Shown: piece after piece, positions 21,032-30,634 of the stretch
Layout of the letters: every line of letters begins with the position of its first letter
Numbering within the stretch: the stretch's first letter is position 1
IMG/VR virus record: IMGVR_UViG_3300021963_000054
Coordinates: 40,952 to 104,951 of that record
Source of the DNA: a virus
Direction: 5' to 3' (one strand)
DNA length: 64,000 nucleotides
The notes under the pieces: generated by a model
Told to the model about the DNA's origin: nothing
The model's database searches: none
What the model saw: the letters and a program-made list of their open reading frames with translations, nothing else
Position numbers and translations under genes: made by a program

Positions 21032-21301
21032 ATGTCATTAACAAAAGCGACCTCAATAGACCAAATCACCGTCACTGAGAACGGCATCGTTCTCTATCGT
21101 GAAGCCACCCGCATCATGGAAGATGGCACTGAACTAAGCAAGACCTATCATCGTTCAAGCCTCACGCCGGGGCAAGACTTGACGGGTATCCCTGCCAATG
21201 TCGTTGCAATCTGCAATGCGGCCTGGACTGCTGAAGTCATTGCGGCTTATCAAGCGCAAGTGGCTGAACAAGCGGCACAATTTCAAGGAGCGCCAGCATG
21301 A
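21032..21301 (+). CDS. small fibre-associated protein
   Basis: 89 aa MSLTK..IDQITVTENG..EDGTELSKTYHR..ICNAAWT; RBS AAGGA. Confidence 0.75.
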   Translation: MSLTKATSIDQITVTENGIVLYREATRIMEDGTELSKTYHRSSLTPGQDLTGIPANVVAICNAAWTAEVIAAYQAQVAEQAAQFQGAPA

Positions 21302-21630
21302 GAACCATAGTCTGGAATGTGTCGGCAATGAACTGTTATCCCCAAGCAGAGGGACAAACAAATGTCGTATTCACCGTTCACTGGCAATGCAACGGCACTC
21401 AAGAGCAAGATGGCAAGACATACAACGGATCTGTCTACGCAAGTTGTGGTGTGACTTACGCCGCTGGATCAACATACATACCATATGCTAACTTAACAAA
21501 AGAAGATGTTCTTGGTTGGATTTGGGCATCTGGCGTGGACAAGGACGCTACAGAAGCGGCCGTACAACAACAGATTGACACAGCAATTAATCCACCTTCG
21601 ATTACTCCAACCTTGCCTTGGGAAAATTAA
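21298..21630 (+). CDS. small tail-associated protein (TW...VVFTVHW...PYANLT..VLGWI...LPW family)
   Basis: 110 aa, paralogous to 25213..25578; ATGA overlap with the previous gene. Confidence 0.75.
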   Translation: MRTIVWNVSAMNCYPQAEGQTNVVFTVHWQCNGTQEQDGKTYNGSVYASCGVTYAAGSTYIPYANLTKEDVLGWIWASGVDKDATEAAVQQQIDTAINPPSITPTLPWEN

Positions 21631-21661
21631 AATCCTATTTTTTAACAAGACTATATAAAAT

Positions 21662-23191
21662 ATGGCATCTAATCAAGACTTTATTGTAAAAAACGGTTTA
21701 ACAATCGGCAGCTCACAAGTAATTGCCGCTAACGGTCGTTGGGTTGGTGTCAGCACAGGATTAATTGGTCCTCAAGGCGCACAGGGAGCCCAAGGTTCTC
21801 AAGGCGCAACAGGACCGACCGGACCTCAGGGAGCACAGGGAGCAACAGGTGGAACTGGTCCCACTGGTCCTCAAGGCGCTCAAGGTGCAACTGGAGGAAC
21901 TGGACCAACTGGACCTCAAGGTGCTCAAGGAGCACAAGGTCCCGCTGGACCAACTGGACCACAAGGCGCACAGGGAACACAAGGCGCACAAGGAAGTGCT
22001 GGACCTCCTGGTCCTACTGGTGCACAGGGACCAACTGGCGCACAGGGACCAACTGGTGCTCAAGGTCCGACAGGTGCTACAGGACCAACAGGTCCAAGCA
22101 GCTGGTCAGCAATACCTGCTGGTACTAGAACCAACTATGATTTAAAATTTCAACCCAACAATGCTGACTATGCAGGATTTCAGTTTTTAAACGATGCTGG
22201 CTCGGGAGCTGGGTATCTGTTAGTTCGGTCTACTTCATCCGATAGCTTTCCACCCTATACAGCGGGCGGAATAACGCTTGTTTCAGACGTTGGCGGGTTA
22301 AACTTTTTTGCGAGAAGTGGAACCCAACTTGTAAGGATGGGGACGGGAAGCACCGAAACCTTTAGGCTCGAATCAAATTATTCACTGTCTATCAACAGCT
22401 CCCGTGCACCAATCTTCTACGACTACAACAACACTGGGTATTACACTGACCCAGCCAGCACGTCAAATATGTATAATATAACTGTTCGTTCTGGCAGTCC
22501 ATACGCAGCCGTTACAGATTTAGGATATGTATCTCCTATACAAGTCAGCGAAACAGGAACAGGAACAAACTCAGACCGATATGTTCCGATGATTTCAGGA
22601 ACATCAACATCTTCTTCAGGTTATAGACAACATACTGTTTTTGGTTCTTTAAGAGGTTCTGTTTGGGGTTCCGCTTTTATTGCAGTTGGTGGTAACGACT
22701 CTTATCCGACTGTAGCATACACTTTTCACTATACTGGATATGGAACTGCTCCAGATTCTTGGAGAGCACCAATCTTCTACGACTCCAACAACACCGGGTA
22801 TTACACTGACCCAGCCAGCACATCAGTTTTGAATGGACTAACAGTTGGTGGTGGAACTATTGCAACAACATCAGGCTCTCCTTCATACTATATGGCTAGA
22901 GCATGGGTAAATTTTGACGGTGCGGGAAGCATCCGGGCGCAAGTTAACGTGTCATCAATTTCTAAAAGTACTACAGGTACGTACCAAATAAATTTTGCAA
23001 CTGCAATGCCAGATGCAAACTACGTAATGTCATATTCAAATAGCTATTTGTCGCCCGCATCTAACTCAAATGCTCCAGGCGGTGCGGCGGCGCCATACAC
23101 GGCTTCGGTCGGAAGTGTTTGCTCTTACCAATCACAAGCGGTAGGAAATTTAACTGATAATACTTATCAGTTGGTAGTAGTTTATAGATAA
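21662..23191 (+). CDS. collagen-like tail fibre protein
   Basis: [13 protein letters not shown] anchor, about 36 G-X-Y triplets, two [19 protein letters not shown] repeats, C-terminal ARAWVNFDG domain. Confidence 0.8.
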   Translation: MASNQDFIVKNGLTIGSSQVIAANGRWVGVSTGLIGPQGAQGAQGSQGATGPTGPQGAQGATGGTGPTGPQGAQGATGGTGPTGPQGAQGAQGPAGPTGPQGAQGTQGAQGSAGPPGPTGAQGPTGAQGPTGAQGPTGATGPTGPSSWSAIPAGTRTNYDLKFQPNNADYAGFQFLNDAGSGAGYLLVRSTSSDSFPPYTAGGITLVSDVGGLNFFARSGTQLVRMGTGSTETFRLESNYSLSINSSRAPIFYDYNNTGYYTDPASTSNMYNITVRSGSPYAAVTDLGYVSPIQVSETGTGTNSDRYVPMISGTSTSSSGYRQHTVFGSLRGSVWGSAFIAVGGNDSYPTVAYTFHYTGYGTAPDSWRAPIFYDSNNTGYYTDPASTSVLNGLTVGGGTIATTSGSPSYYMARAWVNFDGAGSIRAQVNVSSISKSTTGTYQINFATAMPDANYVMSYSNSYLSPASNSNAPGGAAAPYTASVGSVCSYQSQAVGNLTDNTYQLVVVYR

Positions 23192-23201
23192 GGAAATTAA
23201 T

Positions 23202-23501
23202 ATGAATAAAAGAATAATTTATCCGAACGATAATGGTGGTTTAGTACTTGTTATTCCAGCGCCAAATTGTGGATTAACAATAGAACAAATTGCCGCTAAA
23301 GATGTTCCTAATGGAAAACCTTATAAAATTTTAGAAGCAAGTGATGTTCCAGAAGACCATAATTTTTTTGACGCTTGGGAAGCAGATTTTTCTACCTATG
23401 ATGGTCATGGAGAAGATTATGGTATTGGTTCACTCAATGCTGTAGTAGGATGGAATAATGATGGATCACCGATGTTGAGAGTTGGGGAAATAATACAATG
23501 A
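23202..23501 (+). CDS. fibre-associated small protein
   Basis: 99 aa RIIY....G...VIPAP..LTIEQIAAKDVP.G.PY.I...DVP.D..F.DAW motif; RBS AAGGA. Confidence 0.7.
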   Translation: MNKRIIYPNDNGGLVLVIPAPNCGLTIEQIAAKDVPNGKPYKILEASDVPEDHNFFDAWEADFSTYDGHGEDYGIGSLNAVVGWNNDGSPMLRVGEIIQ

Positions 23502-23746
23502 TTACTATTAATATTGACAAAGCAAAAAATATTGCTCACGAAAAACGTAGAATTGCCAGGGCTGCTGAATTTACTCCTTTAGACATTAAAGCAACTATTC
23601 CATCGGAATCAGTAGTCGCAGAGGCAGCTAGACAAATTATTAGAGATAAGTATACTGAGATACAAATAGGAATTAATTCTTCTGCCACCATTGATGAAAT
23701 TAAAAATGAGATGGATAAATTTTCAGATAAATTAAATGGCATCTAA
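23498..23746 (+). CDS. fibre-associated small helical protein
   Basis: 82 aa [25 protein letters not shown]; ATGA overlap. Confidence 0.7.
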   Translation: MITINIDKAKNIAHEKRRIARAAEFTPLDIKATIPSESVVAEAARQIIRDKYTEIQIGINSSATIDEIKNEMDKFSDKLNGI

Positions 23747-25151
23747 TCAAGACTTCATCGTAAAGAACGGCCTCACAATAGGCAGTTCACAAGTAATTGC
23801 AGCCAATGGTCGCTGGGTTGGTGCTAACACAGGACTTTTTGGTCCTCAAGGCGCAACAGGACCTCAAGGCGCACAGGGAGCAACTGGTCCAACCGGCGCT
23901 CAAGGTCCTACTGGTCCAACTGGCGCACAGGGAGCAACTGGTCCCACTGGTCCTACTGGTCCACAAGGCGCACAGGGTCCAACAGGAAGTACTGGACCAA
24001 CTGGACCTCAAGGAGCACAAGGCGCACAGGGAGGTGCTGGACCAACAGGACCTCAAGGAGCACAGGGACCAACTGGCGCTACGGGACCAACGGGACCCAC
24101 TGGACCTTCTGGCGCATCAATCTTAGGATCAAGCAATACTTGGACAGGTGGAAATTACTTTCGTTCTAATTTGGGAGCAACTTCCGGAAGTTTAAATAGT
24201 CCACCTTTACAAGCATATTCAGATAGCAATAACTCTGCTTTTATGTCTTTTCACAAAGGTGGAGTATATGCAGTAAACATGGGACTGGACTCCGATAACA
24301 TATTGCGTATTGGTGGTTGGTCTGCTTCAGCGAATCGTTGGGAATTGGATATGTCTGGAAACAATTGGGCAGCCAGTTCGTTCAGAGCAACAAGCTGGTA
24401 CTACTCCAGTGACACCGCATATGGATTTATCGGGACTAACGTATATGCAGATACAATTAATTCTGGCGTGGGTGGCGACCAATTAGAATTATGTTATTAC
24501 AGAGGTTCATTTACTTCTTCATCTGGTAGTATGCGAGCACCTTTGTTTTATGATAGAGATGACACTGGATATTATCTTGATCCAAATACTACAAGCGATT
24601 CTGCATTGAGAATTCGTGGCGGTGCTTTACATGGTCCAAATCCTACTTGGGGATCTTACCTTTTAGTTGGCGGTGATGGAAGACAGAATTATACTAACAG
24701 CGGTTCAGTAGCATCTGTTTGTTCAACAAATGGCAATTTGCACATGGATGCAGCCTCTGGTTATCAAATGTACTTAAACTATTATGATGGCGACGGAATT
24801 AACTTTGGTAATGGCGCAAATGGTGTTCACAGCACCTTATCTAGCGCAGGTAACCTTGCATTGGGCGGGACAGTAACGGCCACAAACCTTATCGGACAGT
24901 CTCAAACTTGGCAAAATGTGGTGGGCAGCAGGGCGGCAGGCACCTTGTACACCAACAGCACATCACGTCCAATAACCGTAATAATTTGCTGTGCTTATGG
25001 GCAAAGTAATATGACTGTGTATGTTGACAGTGTGGCGTTTCTTGTAACAGGTCCATATGGAAACAGCGTAATTTTGTCTGCAACACTAATTGTTCCACCA
25101 GGATCTACATACAAGGCAGATAGTGTAAGTTATTGGATGGAACTTCGCTAA
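23736..25151 (+). CDS. collagen-like tail fibre protein
   Basis: Third [13 protein letters not shown] paralog; about 30 G-X-Y triplets; AFMSFH..G.YA.NMGLD.DN and RAPLFYD modules; C-terminal [17 protein letters not shown] domain. Confidence 0.8.
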   Translation: MASNQDFIVKNGLTIGSSQVIAANGRWVGANTGLFGPQGATGPQGAQGATGPTGAQGPTGPTGAQGATGPTGPTGPQGAQGPTGSTGPTGPQGAQGAQGGAGPTGPQGAQGPTGATGPTGPTGPSGASILGSSNTWTGGNYFRSNLGATSGSLNSPPLQAYSDSNNSAFMSFHKGGVYAVNMGLDSDNILRIGGWSASANRWELDMSGNNWAASSFRATSWYYSSDTAYGFIGTNVYADTINSGVGGDQLELCYYRGSFTSSSGSMRAPLFYDRDDTGYYLDPNTTSDSALRIRGGALHGPNPTWGSYLLVGGDGRQNYTNSGSVASVCSTNGNLHMDAASGYQMYLNYYDGDGINFGNGANGVHSTLSSAGNLALGGTVTATNLIGQSQTWQNVVGSRAAGTLYTNSTSRPITVIICCAYGQSNMTVYVDSVAFLVTGPYGNSVILSATLIVPPGSTYKADSVSYWMELR

Positions 25152-25170
25152 ACTGATATGATTAATTGAG

Positions 25171-25178
25171 TATAAATA
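25171..25178 (+). promoter_or_regulatory. T4-type late promoter TATAAATA
   Basis: Exact consensus upstream of the 25213 gene and the oxygenase/GT cluster. Confidence 0.75.
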
Positions 25179-25212
25179 AACCACTGACCCGCCAACATTT
25201 TAGGAGAAAATA

Positions 25213-25578
25213 ATGGCTATTACATATACCTGGAAAGTCACCAGTCTAAAAACTAAGAACGAAGGATCCAATCAAAACGCAGTTGTGCAAACATACTGGC
25301 AAAAGATTGGTACTGATGAAAATGGTAACGTAGGAACATTTTCTGGTGCAACACCATTCACATCAACAACTATGCCTGAAGGAAATCTTTTTGTTCCATT
25401 TGAAGAATTAACCGAAGAAGTTGTTCTTGAATGGATTAAAGATGTTGTCGTTGGTTCTTATGAAGCGCATGTGAATGGAAAAATTCAAGAGCAGATTGAC
25501 CAGCATGTCAATCCTGTTTCCGAAGCACAAATGCCATGGGCACCCGCTTCTAATACAGCACCAGGAATACCCACATAA
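25213..25578 (+). CDS. small tail-associated protein (paralog of 21298)
   Basis: 121 aa MAITYTWKV..VVQTYW..FVPFEELTEEVVLEWI..MPW; RBS AGGAG. Confidence 0.8.
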   Translation: MAITYTWKVTSLKTKNEGSNQNAVVQTYWQKIGTDENGNVGTFSGATPFTSTTMPEGNLFVPFEELTEEVVLEWIKDVVVGSYEAHVNGKIQEQIDQHVNPVSEAQMPWAPASNTAPGIPT

Positions 25579-25630
25579 AAGACGAGATATATATTAGATA
25601 GTTTATTAATTCATTATAAAGGAGTTTGAC

Positions 25631-25834
25631 ATGAATGATATGATGCAACCACAACAAGAAGAACAACAAGTTACACTAACGCTTAAGACAAGTTGGTTAA
25701 ATGTTCTTATAGCTGGCTTGGAAGAAATTCCACACAAGTTTAGTAGACCAGTTATTGATTCTATTTCTCAACAAGCAAGAGCGCAGTTAGAAAACAAACC
25801 TCAAGGACCATTAGCATCTAAAGTAATTAATTAA
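25631..25834 (+). CDS. hypothetical protein
   Basis: 67 aa, RBS AAGGAG. Confidence 0.7.
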   Translation: MNDMMQPQQEEQQVTLTLKTSWLNVLIAGLEEIPHKFSRPVIDSISQQARAQLENKPQGPLASKVIN

Positions 25835-25836
25835 TT

Positions 25837-26409
25837 ATGAACGGCGAATGGGCTTACTTCAAAAGTAGATTTACCAAAGAGCAATGTGATTTCATTTTAG
25901 ATGAAGGTCTAAAGTTACCTTCTAAAAAAGCATCTATGGGTGTTTCAGATGAAATTGTGGATGATGATTACCGAAGAAGTGAGATTCGGTTTATTCATCA
26001 AGAACCCAAATTCCAATTTCTCTTTGATGAGATTTGGAAAATGGCAATTCAAGCAAACCACGACTTCTTCAATTTTCATATTAGCAGATTAAGTTTTGTA
26101 CAACTTGCTGAATATTCATCCGAATATCAAGGCGAATATAAAAGACACCATGATGTGTTTTGGATGAATGGTGATCCACACTTTCATAGAAAACTTACAT
26201 GTGTAATCCAGTTGACTGATCCGACAACTTATGAAGGTGGTGATTTTGAGATGTATGACTTGTCGCAAAATTCTCCAGATAAGGAAGAAATACGACAACA
26301 AGGTACGGCAATATTTCTTCCATCTTTCATAAGTCACGCAGCCTTGCCAGTGACAGAAGGAACAAGACATTCATTAGCAGTATGGATGGAAGGTCCTAAG
26401 TGGAGATAA
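25837..26409 (+). CDS. 2OG-Fe(II) oxygenase (prolyl-4-hydroxylase/PKHD-like)
   Basis: Y..HHD, RKLTCVIQL...YEGG, G...FLPS...H...PVT.GTR.SL..W.EGP (HxD...H...R-x-S triad). Confidence 0.9.
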   Translation: MNGEWAYFKSRFTKEQCDFILDEGLKLPSKKASMGVSDEIVDDDYRRSEIRFIHQEPKFQFLFDEIWKMAIQANHDFFNFHISRLSFVQLAEYSSEYQGEYKRHHDVFWMNGDPHFHRKLTCVIQLTDPTTYEGGDFEMYDLSQNSPDKEEIRQQGTAIFLPSFISHAALPVTEGTRHSLAVWMEGPKWR

Positions 26410-26410
26410 T

Positions 26411-26965
26411 ATGAAAACAAATATGATTGTGGTTGATGAGTTCTATAATAATCCAAATGATGTAAGAGAGTTTGCTTTAGCACAAGAGTTTGGTGTTACT
26501 GGTAATTGGCCAGGTTCTAGAACAAAAACTTTTATCAATGAAAGCACAAAAGAAACCATACAAAAAATACTCCAAGATGTATCTGGAAATGTTACAGACT
26601 GGCAAGCAAATGATGGTTATACAGGAAGTTTTCAACTAACAACTTCAATGGATAGAAGTTGGATTCATGCTGATTCATACAACACTTGGGCAGGCGTTTT
26701 GTATTTGACTCCTGATGCTCCACTATCTGGTGGTACAGGAGTTTTTAGATATAAGAAAACAGGAAGCATGACAGAAGATGGCACAGATTTATCCGGCGTC
26801 ACACAAGATATGACTAAGTGGGAACTTGTTGATAGAGTTGGAAATGTTTACAATAGATTAGTATTGTATCGTGGAAACAATTATCATATGTCTTTAGATT
26901 ACTTCGGCAAAGACAAAGAAGATGGTAGACTGTTTCAACTATTTTTCATAACAACAGAATATTGA
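26411..26965 (+). CDS. 2OG-Fe(II) oxygenase-like protein (DUF6445-like)
   Basis: VVDEFYNNP..VR, WIHAD, WAGVLYL, GGT, NVYNRLVLY, YH, GRL.QLFF. Confidence 0.8.
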   Translation: MKTNMIVVDEFYNNPNDVREFALAQEFGVTGNWPGSRTKTFINESTKETIQKILQDVSGNVTDWQANDGYTGSFQLTTSMDRSWIHADSYNTWAGVLYLTPDAPLSGGTGVFRYKKTGSMTEDGTDLSGVTQDMTKWELVDRVGNVYNRLVLYRGNNYHMSLDYFGKDKEDGRLFQLFFITTEY

Positions 26966-26966
26966 T

Positions 26967-27722
26967 ATGAAAATATGCAGAGTTATCTTTTCTACAAACA
27001 GACCAGAATTCTTAATACCGACTTTAGAATCACACCAAAAGTATATTGACTTTGGTGACCATGAAGTTTATGGCATATTCATAGATGACTATCCAAAAGA
27101 TAGAGATGATAAACTTATTGTAGAGTTAGCCAAAAAATATGGATTCAATGAAGCAGTTCTTCATACAGAGAATCTTGGTTTAACACCAACTTGGACAGAG
27201 TTATGGAATTATCTAGCCACACAAGATTATGATTACATCTGGCACCATGAGGATGATGTAGTCTTTGGTGCACCAATCAAAATACAAACTCTGATAGATT
27301 TTCTGGAAGAAAACAAAGAGTTTTGTCAAGTCAATCTAAAGCGAAATCCATGGTATGATTTTGAATTGAACAAACCAGCAATCACATGGGAAGACAAATT
27401 CTTTAGGGAGTACCGATATGATGTTAGGGATGACTATTTCTGGACAATGGCATCATTGTATCCAGCTTGGGTAACAAAAGAGCCAGTAAAAGAAGTTGAA
27501 GATTGCAATTTGGCTGAATATCCAGTGATGAAATATTTCAAAGAGCAATATAAGATGAAGATGGCCATTCTTAAGAATCAAGACGGAAGCAATCTTGTGG
27601 AACATATTGGAGTATATTCCCAAGGCAAAAGAGTGCTTGAGGGTGAGCCAGGATGGGAAGGTTTTAAGTGGTTTGATCCTAATAAAAAATATGATTCCAA
27701 GACTGGTGCCTTAATAGTATAA
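26967..27722 (+). CDS. GT-A (family 2-like) glycosyltransferase
   Basis: FST.RPEFL..TL.S, FIDD, NLG, YDYIWHHEDD (DxD-like), VEHIG. Confidence 0.75.
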   Translation: MKICRVIFSTNRPEFLIPTLESHQKYIDFGDHEVYGIFIDDYPKDRDDKLIVELAKKYGFNEAVLHTENLGLTPTWTELWNYLATQDYDYIWHHEDDVVFGAPIKIQTLIDFLEENKEFCQVNLKRNPWYDFELNKPAITWEDKFFREYRYDVRDDYFWTMASLYPAWVTKEPVKEVEDCNLAEYPVMKYFKEQYKMKMAILKNQDGSNLVEHIGVYSQGKRVLEGEPGWEGFKWFDPNKKYDSKTGALIV

Positions 27723-27725
27723 ATA
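27718..27725 (+). promoter_or_regulatory. T4-type late promoter TATAAATA
   Basis: Exact consensus overlapping the GT stop codon, upstream of gp13. Confidence 0.75.
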
Positions 27726-27751
27726 GATAATAAAACTATTGGGAACTATAA

Positions 27752-28708
27752 ATGGCTAAACCCACAACTAGAGCAACTTTCAAAGACTACTGCCTACGCA
27801 GATTGGGTCATCCAGTAATCCAAATCAATGTGGATGATGACCAAGTTGAAGACAGAATTGATGATGCGCTACAATTCTTTGAAGACTATCATTTTGATGG
27901 TTGCGAACAATTGTACATGAAGCATCAAATTACCCAAGCAGACATTGACCGCAGATGGATTTATTGCCCAGATCCGGTCATTTTTGTTACCGGCATTATA
28001 CCATTTGACCAGTCATCTTCCTCAGTCAATATGTTTGACTTGCGCTATCAGTTGCGTTTGCACGATTTGTATGACTTCACATCGGTGTCTTATGTGTCAT
28101 ATGAAATTACCATGCAACACATCCGCACATTGAATCTACTATTTTCCGGAACACCATTGTTTAGATTCAATCGTAAACAAAATAAGATTTTCTTAGATAT
28201 TGATTGGGGTAAAGATTTACAAGTTGGTCAATACGTTGTTGTGGAATGTTACCGCGCATTAAGACCAGACACAGTTACTTTGACCGGAACTTTGACTGGT
28301 ACAACAAGTAGCAACACTATCACAGGAACAGCAACAATATTTGACCAAGAAGTTCTTGAAAATGACTTTATCACACTATCTGATGGTCAAGAAGTTCAGA
28401 TTCGTACAATCAATTCTCCAACAAGTATTACCATTGCTAACAGTTTATCGGCAAATATTACCGCAAACACAGCAACAAAAGCTGGCGTTTCGGATGTTTG
28501 GAATGACAAGTTTTTGAAGACTTATGCTACAGCAAAAATTAAGTATCAATGGGGTACTAATCTTTCTAAGTTTGCGGGCATTCAAATGCCTGGTGGAGTA
28601 ACACTAGATGGTCCAAGAATCATGCAAGAAGCACAAGCTGAGTTGGACAAACTAGAAGAAGAAATGTACACCATCAGCAGTATGCCTAGCGAAATCTTTG
28701 TGGGCTAA
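27752..28708 (+). CDS. gp13: neck protein gp13
   Basis: YCLRRLGHPVIQINVDDDQVEDRIDDALQFF..YHFDG; QWGTNLSKF.GIQMPGGVTLDG. Confidence 0.92.
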   Translation: MAKPTTRATFKDYCLRRLGHPVIQINVDDDQVEDRIDDALQFFEDYHFDGCEQLYMKHQITQADIDRRWIYCPDPVIFVTGIIPFDQSSSSVNMFDLRYQLRLHDLYDFTSVSYVSYEITMQHIRTLNLLFSGTPLFRFNRKQNKIFLDIDWGKDLQVGQYVVVECYRALRPDTVTLTGTLTGTTSSNTITGTATIFDQEVLENDFITLSDGQEVQIRTINSPTSITIANSLSANITANTATKAGVSDVWNDKFLKTYATAKIKYQWGTNLSKFAGIQMPGGVTLDGPRIMQEAQAELDKLEEEMYTISSMPSEIFVG

Positions 28709-28710
28709 AC

Positions 28711-29619
28711 ATGCCAACGAATTTTTATTTTAATAATTTTCCATTACACCAAATAACTAGTGAGCAATTACTAGTAGAAGATTTGGTGATTGAAGCTATG
28801 CAAATACATGGCATGGATGTTTATTATCTACCACAGACTTCCAGAGACCAAGTAGACATGCTCTATGGTGAAGACACATTAAAAGAATTTCGTAGTGCTT
28901 ATGGAATTGAAATGTATCTTGAGAATGTTAGCGGCATGGATGGTGAAGGCGATTTCATATCAAAGTTTGGCTTAGAGATTAGAGATGAAGTAACTTTGTT
29001 AATGTCCCGCAGAAGATTTGCATCTCTAGGAACATCTTTAGTTAGACCAAGAGAGGGTGATTTAATTTATATTCCTCTACTAAGAAATTTCTTTGAGATA
29101 TCGTTTGTGGAACATGAAAACAATCAAGCGATGTTCTACACATTAGGTCGTGGTCGTGGTGGTAATGTTTATGTGTATGCATTGAAACTAAAACAATTTG
29201 TCTTTAGTGAAGAAATTATTTCTACTGGCGTTGATGAAATTGATGACCAGATATTTGATAGCTACAAACGTGCATCGTTGCCTATTGCAAATACTACAGT
29301 ATTTCCGGCAGGAACTGGTTCTTTTGTTCCTGGCGAAATCATATATCAAGGTTCTTCATTAGCAACAGCAAACGCACAAGCTATTGTTCATTCTTATACT
29401 GCACATTCATCCGTCAGCATTATTCGTGTACAAGGATCTTTTGCTACTGGCAATGTTCGCGGCAACACAAGCAATGCTTTGAGAAGTGCCATAACTTACA
29501 ATGATGATACGCAAGTTGGTAATAGCATCTTTGAAGATATCGCAGACAATGTTAGAATAGAAACTGAAGCCGATGGAATATTGGACTTCACGGAACATAA
29601 TCCATTTGGTGAAGCCTGA
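28711..29619 (+). CDS. gp14: neck protein gp14
   Basis: EQLLVEDLVIEAMQIHGMDVYYLP, SKFGLEIRDE, PREGDLIY.P, FTEHNPFG. Confidence 0.92.
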   Translation: MPTNFYFNNFPLHQITSEQLLVEDLVIEAMQIHGMDVYYLPQTSRDQVDMLYGEDTLKEFRSAYGIEMYLENVSGMDGEGDFISKFGLEIRDEVTLLMSRRRFASLGTSLVRPREGDLIYIPLLRNFFEISFVEHENNQAMFYTLGRGRGGNVYVYALKLKQFVFSEEIISTGVDEIDDQIFDSYKRASLPIANTTVFPAGTGSFVPGEIIYQGSSLATANAQAIVHSYTAHSSVSIIRVQGSFATGNVRGNTSNALRSAITYNDDTQVGNSIFEDIADNVRIETEADGILDFTEHNPFGEA

Positions 29620-30620
29620 TGTTAAATAACTCACACTTTTATAATAGAACAATTCGTAAAGTAGTAGTTGCTTTTGGCACACTATTCAACGATTTGTTAT
29701 TGGTAAGATACAATAAAGCTGGAACAATTGAGCATGAGAGAATGCGTGTTCCTCTTTCCTATGGCGCAAAAGAGAAATATGTTACCAGATTGATATCTGA
29801 TCCAACACTAACAAAATCTATTGCAACATATGTGCCAAGAATTTCTTTTGATTTGGTTGGATTAGAATACGATTCATCCAGAAAATTCAATTCAATCAAT
29901 AGAAACTTTTCTACAAATGCTTTGACGGGTGCAGTATCCGCACAGTACGCACCAATACCTTACAACTTTGAATTTGAGTTAGCTATCTATGTTAGAAACA
30001 CAGAGGATGGTACACAAATTCTTGAGCAGATATTGCCATACTTCACACCAGACTTTACTGTGACTGTGGATTTAATACCTTCATTAGGTAGAAAATATGA
30101 TATGCCAGTCATTCTTAATTCTGTGACACCACAAACAGAGTATGAAGGTGATATGTCTACGACTAGACTTATCATTTGGAACTTATCTTTTACTGTAAAA
30201 GGATATATTTTCCCACCAGTAAGCACCGTTGGTTTAATTGAACAGGCAAACACGAACATCTACACCGATTCAAGAAACACCCTATCGCAAAAAGTATATG
30301 TTGATTATGCTAATGGTTCTGGTGTTTTAGTTACAGGTGAAGTTGTTAGAAGTTCATCCAAAAACAAAACAGGGACTGTTGTGTACTTTGCAAATAATAG
30401 CGGAGGCACATTAGTAGTGTCAGACTTAAATGAATTACTTGAAGAAGATGATGTGATTGTTGGTGATTATTCTAATGCTACATATACAATAAATACCGTA
30501 GATTTGAATCCACTAAAAACAGTTTCAATTATAACTGTACCAGATCCAGTAACAGCAAATTCGGATGAAGATTTTGGATTCTCAGAAACGATTACAGAAT
30601 TTCCAAGTACATTGACTTAA
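29619..30620 (+). CDS. gp15: tail sheath stabilizer/terminator gp15
   Basis: FYNRTIRKVVVAFGTLFN, VPLSYGAKEK, PRISF, QILEQILPYFTP. Confidence 0.92.
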   Translation: MLNNSHFYNRTIRKVVVAFGTLFNDLLLVRYNKAGTIEHERMRVPLSYGAKEKYVTRLISDPTLTKSIATYVPRISFDLVGLEYDSSRKFNSINRNFSTNALTGAVSAQYAPIPYNFEFELAIYVRNTEDGTQILEQILPYFTPDFTVTVDLIPSLGRKYDMPVILNSVTPQTEYEGDMSTTRLIIWNLSFTVKGYIFPPVSTVGLIEQANTNIYTDSRNTLSQKVYVDYANGSGVLVTGEVVRSSSKNKTGTVVYFANNSGGTLVVSDLNELLEEDDVIVGDYSNATYTINTVDLNPLKTVSIITVPDPVTANSDEDFGFSETITEFPSTLT

Positions 30621-30634
30621 AATAGGAAGTCTAA

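Noticed and set aside
15152-24126. Many overlapping alternative-frame and minus-strand ORFs over collagen tracts
   Set aside because: Expected artefacts of stop-poor GGN-(C/G)CN-(A/C)(C/A)N repeats; no RBS and no recognisable domains.
10951-25151. Diversity-generating retroelement suggested by Mtd-N-like domains and repeats
   Set aside because: No reverse transcriptase in the window. Repeat pairs (e.g. 22406/22766, 14967/19041) do not show adenine-restricted mismatches, and no CLec-type variable C-terminus was recognised.
12790-25151. Invertase/shufflon-type tail fibre switching
   Set aside because: All cassettes and repeats are in direct orientation and no site-specific recombinase is present in the window.
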